From Centroscyllium fabricii (taxonomy: Eukaryota): DNA of 64,000 nucleotides. The notes beneath the pieces are model-generated. The model made no database searches, was not told the origin of the DNA, and was given only the letters and a program-made list of their open reading frames with translations. Shown here piece after piece: positions 25,301 to 35,815 of this stretch. Position 1 is the first letter of the stretch. Every line of letters begins with the position of its first letter. Both the position numbers and the translations under genes were made by a program. The DNA lies in NCBI GenBank assembly GCA_051313645.2, contig JBNRSN020000032.1, positions 30,256,001-30,320,000 on the forward strand, written 5' to 3'.

Positions 25301-26707
25301 CCCCAACCCCCCGCCGTTTTAGTTTAAATCCTCCCCCACAGCACTAGCAAACACTCCCCCTAGGACATTGGTTCCAGCCCTGCCCAGGTGCAGACCGTCC
25401 GGTTTGTACAGGTCCCACCTCTCCCAGAACCAGTTCTAATGTCCCAAAAACTTCAATCACTCCCCCCCTTGCACCAATCCTCCAGCCACGTATTCATCTG
25501 CAGTATCCTTCTATTTCTACTCTGACTAGCACGTGGCACCGGCAGCAATCCAGAGATTACTACCTTTGAGGTCCTGCTTTTTAATTTATCTCCTAACTCC
25601 CTATATTCTGATTTAAGGACCTCATCCCGTTTCTTACCTATATCGTTGGTGCCTATGTGCACCACGACAACTGGCTGTTCACCCTCCCTTTCCAGGATGT
25701 TCTGCAGCCGCTTGGAGACATCCTTGACCCTTGCACCAGGGAGGCAACACACCATCCTGGAGTCTCGCTTACGGCCACAGAAATGCCTATCTACTTCCCT
25801 TACAATTGAGTCCCCTATGACAATAGCCCTTCCACTCTTTTTCCCCCCAGCCTGTGCAGCAGAGCTACTCCTGGTGCCAGGAAGTTGGCTGCTGCTGCCT
25901 TCCTCTGATAGGTCATCTCCCCCAACAGTACTCAAAGGGCTGTATCTGTTGGAGAGTGAGATGGCCACAGGGGTTCCCTGCACTACCTGCCTGTGTCTTT
26001 TTCTTGGCTTGTTGGTCACCCTTCTCCATTCTGCCTGTGCATCACTTCCCTGCGGTGTGACCAACTCCCTGTATGTGCTATTCACAATGTCCTCTGCGTC
26101 GCGAATGCTCAGGTATGTCTCCAGCCGCCGCTCTAACACCTCAATGCGGTCAGTTAGAAGCTGCAGCTGGACACATCTCCTGCACATGTGTTCTCCAGGC
26201 GCACAGGGAGTGTCCCCGATCTCCCACATTTTGCAGGAGGAGCACTCTACGGCGCAAAGCTGATCTCCCATGACCTGCCCTTAATTAATTGGTTTAAATT
26301 AAATTACTCCCACCAAATTACCCGGTAGTTATTGATATATTTAAGGCCCTGTTTTTCTAACAGACCCCTCCTATACCACAGGGACCCTAGACACTTAAAA
26401 AACAAAAAACACCGAAATTTAAGTTTTATAAAAGGAAAGAGAAATAGAAGAGGTAAATACTTACCAACCAATCACTTACCCGACTGTTGGTGACGTCACA
26501 CTGCCCGCTTTTGAAGTGGTTGTAGTGGTACGCCTCTGCCGCCACCGCTGCTCCTTTTGAGGGCCACTGCTCTCGCTCGAAGTCCCGCTCCCGGGTCTGG
26601 CCTCTGCTGCTCCTTTGGAGGGCCGCTGCTCTCGCTCGAAGTCCCGCTCCCGGGTCTGGCCTCTGCCGCCGCCGCTGCTCCTTTTGAGGGCCGCTGCTCT
26701 CGCTCGA
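22377..26707 (-). mobile_element. Near full-length decayed CR1 LINE inserted in Gypsy A gag
   Basis: GC-rich repeated 5' UTR, ORF1, broken ORF2 and (TTTCTATG) tail. AGTCTC is duplicated at 22371-22376 and 26708-26713; removing the insert restores gag LGRDCNCKTVS. Confidence 0.93.
25453..26271 (-). pseudogene. CR1 ORF1 (zinc finger, coiled coil, SGNH esterase), frameshifted near 3' end
   Basis: CSSC...CRRC, IVIGDSIVR, CLPGA and VHIGTND motifs. Confidence 0.88.
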
Positions 26708-26710
26708 AGT
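26536..26710 (-). repeat. ~60-bp GC-rich tandem repeats (about 3 units) in the CR1 5' UTR
   Basis: Repeated GCTGCTCCTTT(T/G)GAGGGCC(A/G)CTGCTCTCGCTCGAAGTC. Confidence 0.85.
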
Positions 26711-27550
26711 CTCTGCCCAGTACTTTTAGTTGCACCATAAAATCCTCCAGTGACTCACCAGGCCGCTGCTTGCGGGTAGTTAGAAGATGTCTGGCGTATA
26801 CCTCGTTCACTGGCCGCACGTAGTGGGCCTTCAGGGTGGTTCAGGCATCTTCATAGCTGGGGTCATCCTTAATGAGGATTGAAACCCGATGGCTCACCCG
26901 ATTCCGTAGGGTACCCAGCTTCATGTCCCCGGTGGCGGTTGCTGTCGTGGCGGCGGAGGTTTCCAGAAAAAATTCGAAACACTGGAACCAGTGTCCGAAC
27001 TGTGTGGCAGCACCAGAGGCATGAGGGTCTAAATCTAAGCACTCTGGTATCAGGAGCAGATCCATCTCGATGTTTTCGTTATTAAAATTGATAGGCCATC
27101 AATAATCCAAGCGAGAGGTTTAAGGACTTAAAGATAGACTTTTAATAACAAAGAACTGTGGTTCATGATTCCACACCGAGTTCTCCAGGACGAATGCCGT
27201 AAGCCGTTCTGGAGTCCTTTATACAGGTTGTGCACAGTGTGGTAACCATATTGTATGTTATACCACAGCATTCTTGTAGACAATAATGGGCTGCGTATAT
27301 GTGATACACAGCCCTGTAACACTGTTGTAATACTGTCGGGAGCCAGGTCAGCCACACCTCTAACTCCTCCCCCAGGTGAGGCCTTTATAGGTGGAGACTG
27401 GCCGAGGCTCCCTCATTCCTGTTCAGATGTTCGTTCGGAGGGTAGCTCCAATGTTAGCGATTAAAAGCCTATAGTTATGGTAACTACTCGTCGTGTCTTT
27501 TAATCTCGAGATATTGATGATACGTCAATTTTAATCGCTAAAAGTTTAAA

Positions 27551-30500
27551 ATGGAGAGCGGTGCAGTAAAGCCAGAAAAGCTGGATATCAGTCCCCAGGA
27601 CCCTGCCGCCGCCACCACGTTCGAACACTGTTTCTGCCTCCTGGAGGCCTACATGGACGCCGCCAAGGCTACAACAGACGGGAACAAGCTACAGGTTCTC
27701 CGGTCGAGGATCTCCAGCAGAGTATTCTCCCTCATCCAAAACGCCAAAACCTACCCAGTGGCAGTGGAAGAAATGCTACGAGCGCCCGGTCCATTCGGTC
27801 TACGCCAGACATGTGCTCGCGACCAGATCACAACTACCGGGTGAGACTAACGAGCAGTTTGAGCAAGCGCTCCAGGCCCTGGTACGGGTCTGTGGCTGCC
27901 AAGCACGGACAGCAGAAGAGGCGGCGAATCTCCTCGTCCGAGACGCGTATGTAACCGGCCTAAGGTGTGTGGAAGCCCGCCAGTGGCTGCTAGAGAAAGA
28001 CACCTTGTCCCTCGAGGACGCGATTGCGATAGCCAACTCCGTAGAAGGAGCCCGAAATAAACTGCAGGCATATAGCGGCACTAACCTGCAGGCCTACGAC
28101 ATGTGGGCCGCGCCACAACGAACCCAGGTCTGGGCAGCACCACAACGGGTCGAGACCCCCACGATGGCTGCGACAGCCACTAAAGACAAACGCTGCTACT
28201 TCTGCAGCCAGGGACTGCACCCGAGAGCGAGATGCCCAACAAGGACCGCGACCTGCGAGAGGTGCGCCAAAAAGGGACACTTTGCAAAGGCGTGCAGATC
28301 AGCTCCAGCAGCGCCCAACTCCAGGTACAACAGCGCAGCCTGTGAAAGCACCGACAGACACCAGGTAAGCTGCAATAGCAGCGCGATCCAGCGACGGTCC
28401 GGGGGTAGAAGACAAGCGCCCCCATCTCCCACCCCGATGCGGCAAAGGCCGGCCAAGCGCGACCCCCCAACGCGGCCGGCTGCGTGCGAATCACGGGCAC
28501 CGCCAACCCGACCACCGCGGCTCGCTGCGTGCGAACCACGGGCACCGCCAACCCAGTCACCGCGGTCCGCTGCGTGCGAACCACGGGCGCCGCCAGCGCG
28601 CTCACAGCGGTCAGCCGCATGCGAACCACGGGCGCCGCCATCTCGCCTCCAGCGGCCCACCATGTGCGACACCTCGGCGCGCCATTTTGTCCCCAGGGCC
28701 CCACCATGTGCGAGCCAGGGGCGCCGCCATTTTGTCTCCAGGGCCCCACCATGTGCGAGCTAGGGGCGCCGCCATTTTGTGTACAGCCCCGACCAGCAGG
28801 GGGCCCACACACACAAAAGCACATGGCGGCTTCAGCCATACCCAGAGTGGACCAGGCCAGGCCACATACCCTGTCTAACTCAATAATGCCCATCAAAATA
28901 AACGGCCATACCATTAACTGCCTATTTGATACTGGAAGCACGGAGAGCTTTGTGCACCCCGATACAGTGCAGCGCGGCGGACTGCAGGTCCAGCCCACAA
29001 ACTACCAAGTCTCCCTTGCTCACAGTCCCACACCGCGGACGTCACCGGCTACTGCTCCGTCACGCTCACAGTCAAGGGGTGCGTGTATCGTAATTTTAAA
29101 TTGTACACCCTCCAGCAGTTGTGTGCCCCAGCCTTACTAGGTCTGGATTTCCAGTGCCACCTCAAGAGCGTGACAATGGAGTTCGGCGGGACCTTGCCCC
29201 CCCTCACCGTCAGTAGCCGGGACAATCCCTTCCCAAAGCGGAGCCCGGCCTGCGGCCTCTCTACCCTGAAAATCGACCCCCCCTCACTGTTCGCCAACCT
29301 CGACCCCAAGTGCAAACCTATTGCCACAAAGAGTCGGCGGTACAGTGCGGGGGATCGCACGTTTATCAGGTCGGAGGTCGGGTGTATGCTGAAGGAGGGG
29401 ATAATTGAAGCCAGCACCAGCCCCTGGCGTGCCCAGGTAGTAGTGGTAAAGTCTGGCGAGAAACAACGGCTGGTGATCGACTACAGCCAGACCATCAACC
29501 GCTACACCGGGCTCGACGCCTACCCCCTCCCCCGCATCTCGGACATGGTCAATCAGATCGCCCAGTATAAGGTGTTCTCCACGATCGACCTTAAATCGGC
29601 GTATCACCAACTCCCGATCCGGAAAGCCGACCGCCCCTACACCGCCTTCGAGGCGAACGGTCGGCTCTACCACTTCCTCCGGGTCCCCTTTGGTGTGACC
29701 AACGGAGTGTCAGTGTTCCAGCGGGAGATGGACCGTATGGTTGACCAAAACGAGTTGCAGGCCACCTTCCCCTACCTGGACAACGTGACGATCTGCGGCC
29801 ACGACCAGCAGGACCACGATGCCAACCTGGCCAGATTTCTCGACACGGCGGATAAGCTGGACCTCACGTATAACAAAGACAAATGTGTCTTTAATACAGA
29901 CCGGCTCGCCATCCTCGGATACGTGGTGGAGAACGGGGTCCTCGGCCCCGACCCACAGCGTATGCGACCCCTTCAGGAACTACCCCTACCTCACAACCCT
30001 AAAGCCTTGAGGAGATGCCTCGGATTTTTCTCCTATTATGCACAATGGGTCCCACAGTTCGCGGACAAGGCTAGACCACTCCTCAAGGCTGCCGTTTTCC
30101 CCCTTTCAGTAGAAGCCCAAACGGCATTCGCCCGGATAAAGGAAGACATCAAGGCGACCATGCTCGCTGTTGATGAATCCATCCCTTTCCAGGTGGAGAG
30201 TGACGCTTCGGACTTTGCCCTTGCTGCCACCCTGAATCAGGCAGGCAGGCCCGTAGCGTTTTTCTCCCGCACCTTACAGGGACCCGAAACTCGCCACTCA
30301 GCAGTGGAAAAGGAGGCCCAGGCCATCGTGGAGGCCGTGCGCTACTGGCGTCATTACCTGGCCGGTAAGCGTTTTACCCTGCTCACCGACCAACGGTCGT
30401 TGGCGTTTATGTTTAATAATAAACAACGGGGTAAAATCAAGAATGATAAGATCCTGCGGTGGCGGATCGAACTCTCGACTTACGAGTAGGACATTCTTTA

Positions 30501-31718
30501 CAGACCAGGTAAACTCAATGAACCCCCGGACGCACTGTCCAGGGGAACGTGCGCCAGTGCCCAGCTGAAGGACCTCCACGACCGCCTTTGCCACCCGGGT
30601 GTCACCAGACTCGCCCACTTCGTTAGATCCCGTAGCCTCCCCTACTCCATCACGGAGATCAAGGCTATAACCCGAGAGTGCCCTGTCTGCGCCGAGTGCA
30701 AACCCCACTTTTTCCGGCCAGACACGGCGCACCTCATTAAGGCCACCCGCCCCTTTGAACGTCTCAGCGTGGACTTCAAAGGCCCCCTCCCCACCACCGA
30801 CCGCAACTCATACTTCCTCACGGTCGTAGAGGAGTTCTCCCGCTTCGCCTTCCCCTGCGCAGACATGACGAGCGCAACGGTGATAAAACACTTCACCACG
30901 CTGTTCGCCATTTTCGGTCTCCCCAGCTACATCCATAGCGACCGTGGGTTATCGTTCATGAGCGATGAACTGCGTCAGTTTCTGCTCCAGAAAGGGGTTG
31001 CCACGAGCAGGACGACCAGTTATAACCCCCGGGGGAACGGCCAGGTAGAAAGGGAGAATGCGATCATCTGGAAGGCGGTCACCCTGGCTCTGAAGTCCAG
31101 AGGCCTTCCAGTGGCCCATTGGCAGGCAGTCCTCCCAGACGCGCTGCACTCTATACGCTCGCTCCTATGTACGGCCACTAACGCCACCCCTCATGATCTG
31201 ATTTTTGCTTTCCCCAGGAAATAGACTTCGGGGACAGCTCTTCCTCCATGGCTCACGACACCGGGGCCGGTCTTCCTTAGAAAACACGTCCGTGGCCACA
31301 AGACCGACCCCCTGGTGGACAAGGTGCAGCTCCTGCATGCGTGCAGTTCCCGGACGGGCGTGAGGACACCGTATCCATCAGGGACCTGGCGCCCGCAGGA
31401 AGCACCACAACAGAGCCCCTGGTCGGCCAGCAGGCCGCTCAGCCACAGTACCCAGAACACTCACTAAACCTACGATGGCCCCCGAGTTTTCCAGAACCCC
31501 AGCAGCGGCCAGCACAGGACCACCACTTGGATGGCTCGGACCAGCTGGGTCCATCACCACCAGAAACCACGGCACCAGAGCCACTGTCACCACCGGCGGA
31601 CTCGAGTCGCACAGACCAGGAAGGACCACCACCGGAACTCCGGCGGTCCTCCAGGCAGACACGACCGCCGGATAGACTGATATTAAACTGCTCGGTCCAT
31701 TCACCCCCCCGGACTTAA
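27551..31718 (+). pseudogene. Gypsy B gag-pol, interrupted by several frameshifts and stops
   Basis: Double CCHC knuckle, LFDTGSTESF, IDLKSAYHQ, YLDN, SDASDF, HHCC, DFKGP/HSDRG/VEREN. TAG stops at 30487 and 31222. Confidence 0.92.
28479..28790 (+). repeat. Seven ~45-bp tandem repeats in the gag-protease linker
   Basis: Four AACE(S/P)RAPP-type units grade into three ACCATGTGCGA...CGCCATTTTGT units. Confidence 0.9.
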
Positions 31719-34700
31719 AATTTTCAAGGGGTGAATGTGGTAACCATATTGTATGTTATACCACAGCATTCTTGTAGACAATAATGGGCTGCGTATATGT
31801 GATACACAGCCCTGTAACACTGTTGTAATACTGTCGGGAGCCAGGTCAGCCACACCTCTAACTCCTCCCCCAGGTGAGGCCTTTATAGGTGGAGAGTGGC
31901 CGAGGCTCCCTCATTCCTGTTCAGATGTTCGTTCGGAGGGTAGCTCCAATGTTAGCGATTAAAAGCCTACAGTTACGGTAACTACTCGTCGTGTCTTTTA
32001 ATCTCGAGATATTGACGATACGTCACACAGTTAATCGTGCATGGGCGGGACCAGGCCAGTGCCGCGAAAGTGAAAAGTCCGAACGATTGAAGCTTCGGAG
32101 AGCGCATGCGCAGACCATTCAAAATGGCAGCCGCGAAAGGTCTGCGCATGCGCATAGCGTTCTGGGAATCCCGGCCCAGCCCGTGTTCAGGGAATCCCGG
32201 CCCGGCCCGCTATTGGCTCGAAGAGACCATTGTGAATGATTTGCGCATGCGCTCGCTGTTCGGCGGCGCATGCGCAGATCACTCGCCGAAGCATCAATCA
32301 CGGTGGCCATTTTGCGCATGCGCGCCGCAGTTGGGGAAATTATTGCTGGACGTTTGAAGCTGCCGGTTTTTCGGGTAACGGATTAAAGGTGCTGAACCTG
32401 TATAACAAAAGACAAGGGCGGAGCCCAACATATACAATAGACAAAGGTGGGCGGTACATACATTCCAAGCACAGGTAAATCTAGGTGAAAAGCACAGTCT
32501 GATGACAGTATAATATAAAATTAAGGATACTATACCTAGAGGGAGCTAGACAGGTTCCTGAGAAAGGAGTGCATTTTAAATAATAAAAGATAAGGGCCCC
32601 AAAAATCTGCAGTCCTTCTAGTGTATTACCACTATTCGTTGGGCAGGAGTGCAGCATGCGAGTTATACTGGGTCCTCGCCTCTGCTGTCAGTTTCCTGTG
32701 TATATGACCCCCATGTCAGAAAGGCTGTGGTTGAGGGTGGGAAACTCCCAGGCTGGATGTTTCCTGGGTTCTTTGAAGAGGCCTGTACACCAAGAGAAAG
32801 ATAGTGTTTTGGCCAGATATGGGGCCACTGGTGGTCCAGTCCTGGGCCCCTTAAGAAATTGACAAGCTTCAGGCAAGAGATCAGCTCCCTTGTGTCGGGG
32901 GAGTGGGGGGGGGGGGGGTAATTATGGTCCTAATTATTTCCACACTCTTCTGAGGTTACAGTTGGGGGCTGTCCTCCATGGCAATAACCCCCCGCTGTGG
33001 CGCATATGCATGAGGCACCCAGAGCACCAGTTTTATGTAGGTGAACCTCCCGCAACCCCAGATAATCTGGCGGTGTCAGGGACAGAGGTTCTCAACGGCA
33101 GATTCCAACACTTACAATGGGATTAAAGGCCCAAATTGTGGGCTAGCTTGAAATAGTGATAGTTATAAGTTACTGGAGTTTACTTGATTGTTTTAGAGGG
33201 CCAGACAGGAACTTCACAGAACTACTCTTGAATTAGTATTATTCCTCTTTCTGCCTCTCCCAGGTGACAAGAGGGGGCTGGGCACTGGTGTGTGCGCCTA
33301 CAGCATGTCTGGACAGGATGGGCTTGTAGCGCCAGATGATCTGTTCTGCCCCTTTTTGTATGTTCATGTAAGGGCAGCCATTAATGGGGGTGTTATAGGA
33401 ATAAATGTAAATTATCACTAGATTTCATGGTATGTGCCATTACGTCTCTAACTCACTTGGTCTTTTCCAAGAAGTTATGTGGCTGTGGACTGCTGCTAGA
33501 TCCTACATAGCAACAATCTCAAGTTCTTTGGAGATGTGCTCAGTCAAATGGTCAGTTCCCAGAAGTTCTTGGCATTGCAAGTAAAACTTTAGGCTTAGAA
33601 AACACAGGTAATTGTGTAATTTCCATAAAGAGATTGGTTAGTTATAAAGCTCCCTTACTGAAATATTTGGATGTCTTACAAATTAGCTTTTATAAAAAGC
33701 ATAGCACTCACACCATGAATGTAACATATTGTAATACATCATATAAGCAAAATCAATGTGATCAACACTGATAAAAATGGGTATTCATTGGTCGCATTGT
33801 CACTTTTTGTTCCAATCATACAGCAACGATGTGGTGACTCTACATCCAATTTAATTCTGAAACTTTGTCTTTGATTTAAGAGAAGATAACAGAGCCAGGG
33901 CTGTGTAATGCTGTGCATGTGGCCAGTTTGTGTATACAAAATTAGATATTGGCCCAGAAATTGCAGTGGAGCCTTCATGCTGGTTGCACTTGCACTGCCC
34001 ATAATCAGGTTTGCTTCTCTGCACTCAGAAATTGCAGTTAGCCCAGCTTGTCAGAGCTCCGTGCGAGCTTCATGGGCATCTGAAGGGCGTAATTAGAGAG
34101 AGATGGCTTTTGAGACCATCTGATTGGCAGGGAGCCAATCAGTGGAACCAATTCTCTGTTCAAAACTTCCACTGAGAAATCTGTGCAAGTTCTGAAAGGA
34201 GATTGCCCAAAAGACATCCAAACTCAAAAATAAAATTTTCAAAACACCACATTTTTTTAACATTACCCCAACTAACACAAATAACCTATTTTAATAAGAC
34301 CTATAATGTGAATGATATATTGATCTCAAGCAATACTCATTATTATTGGCATGAGGTTGACAAATAGATTTCCTCTGGGCTAAAAAAATACCGGGGTGTT
34401 TTAAACCTAATTTAATACTTGCACCTTCTCATTGTCATACACACAGAAGACAGGAGCATGAGTAGGCCATTCGGCCCTTCGAGCCTGCTCATTGTCTTCG
34501 GTATAAATAATCAGCTGAATCACCCTAAAGATACAGCTTCTGCATAAGACTGTCTCTGGGAGTCATTTGGGAATTATGTTGCAGCAGAGGGAGATTAATA
34601 AATGAAGGATATTATGTGGTGGGGAAGGAATAGCAGTTACACCCATTGTGCACTGAGGCCAATGTGTGCTGTCTAGCCCAGGGGTACTGAGGCCAACTGC

Positions 34701-35423
34701 TGACTTTGACATATAGTACCCTTTCCAGTTCAAGATACAAAACCTTTTCTTATTTATATGAAGAACAGCATCCCCAAAGCTGCAAGACTATTCAGGTGTG
34801 GGGGGGGAACAAAAACAAAATCACATTTCCTTTTGAGATTGAACAAAACAGTTGTCATGGTTGCGTCACTGCACCATGTTTCACACCACGAACGCATTTG
34901 CATGTGATACAATTTTTTTTAATTTCCTTTTGTCCTCCTGCCTCATTTTCTGCTAGACAGCTCTTTTTTGAGAAAGGGACAGAAATTAATGTAGGACCCA
35001 GGTGTCAGCATGCTAACATCAATCCACACCAGTAACAGAAAAATTCCTGGTTCACAAGACTCATCCCTGAAGTGTACCCCACCTGACTTGAGCTGTCAAT
35101 TTGCAACTCAGGAGGCTCTCCTCTCCCCCGCCCAGGAGGCTCTCCTCTCTCTCCCCCGCCCCCATGATCGGACACTCGGCTGGTGTCACCTCCTTTCCCC
35201 GACCAGCGAGTTGTCTGAGCGCCAAATCAGCCCTGGCAGCTGGCCAGCTGCACGCTTAGGAGGCCCAGCCACTTGGGGTGTCCGCCACCCGCCCGATTAG
35301 CACAGCAGGCACAATCGACCCCAGCAGTGTCAGCGAGTCCTTGCGATTGGTTTCTGATCCTTGTATTGACCCCCTGAACTTGTGTGTTAGAAATAAACTG
35401 ACCTGATCTACTATCAAACACAG

Positions 35424-35617
35424 CTCATCCTTTCAACATCCAAATCTGGAAGTCGAGATAAACCTCCAACCGGAGACTGTCAGTGACTCTAGTGGGGTGT
35501 TCCATTGCCATTATAATGAAAAGGCTCATGAACAGAAGCAAATAGAACATCAAGCTAAAAGGAGACTGTGGATAGCTGTGGTCTTGTGTGTAAGATTTAT
35601 AATTGGAGGACTGGTTG
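35424..35617 (+). pseudogene. SLC30 (ZnT8/ZnT2-like) exon encoding the HCH motif and TM1, with a non-canonical donor
   Basis: cAG|...GVFHCHYNEKAHEQKQIEHQAKRRLWIAVVLCVRFIIGGLV(G). Phase 2/phase 1 boundaries as recalled for SLC30A8 exon 2. The donor reads GGGAGT instead of GTGAGT. Confidence 0.75.
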
Positions 35618-35659
35618 GGGAGTACATTAATCCTAGACTAGTCAGGTGTGATCTCAGTC

Positions 35660-35815
35660 AGGGAGGGGGGGGGGGGAAAGAGGGAGGGGGGGGAGGAGGG
35701 AGGAGAGAGGGAAGGGGGAAGGAGGGGGGGGAGGGAGGGGGGGGAGGAGGGAGGAGAGAGGGAAGGGGGAAGGAGGGAGGGGAGGGAGGGGAAGGAGGGA
35801 GGAGAGAGGGAAGGG
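35660..35815. repeat. GA-rich low-complexity tandem repeat running into an assembly gap (N 35816-35997)
   Basis: Repeated GGAGGGAGGAGAGAGGGAAGGGG. Confidence 0.9.

Larger units (their letters stand above)
27238..32025 (+). mobile_element. Gypsy LTR retrotransposon B (full-length, 290-bp LTRs, YLDN RT, no tRNA PBS)
   Basis: LTRs 27238-27527 and 31736-32025 (TG...CA, about 4 differences counted by eye). 5-bp TSD CACAG; PPT AAGGGGTGAA; gag-PR-RT-RH-IN order. Confidence 0.96.
27224..32400. mobile_element. pogo/Tigger-like MITE (~384 bp when reconstructed) inserted in the TATA box of Gypsy A's 5' LTR, itself split by Gypsy B
   Basis: TA|CAGGTTGTGCACAG [Gypsy B] TTAATCGTGCATGGGCGGGAC ... GGTGCTGAACCTG|TA. 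The reconstructed left end matches the TIR at 7410-7449. Confidence 0.9.
18897..32507 (-). mobile_element. Gypsy LTR retrotransposon A (decayed; YLDN RT; no tRNA PBS), span includes nested inserts
   Basis: 3' LTR 18897-19153; 5' LTR split into 27089-27223 and 32401-~32507. gag ATG at 27065 with CCHC knuckles, then PR (LIDCGSTESF), RT, RH (DASDF) and IN (DFKGP, HSDRG, VEREN) in Gypsy order. TSD not discernible. Confidence 0.92.

Noticed and set aside
28479-28790. CRISPR-like array
   Set aside because: Contiguous coding tandem repeats without unique spacers, in a eukaryotic retrotransposon.
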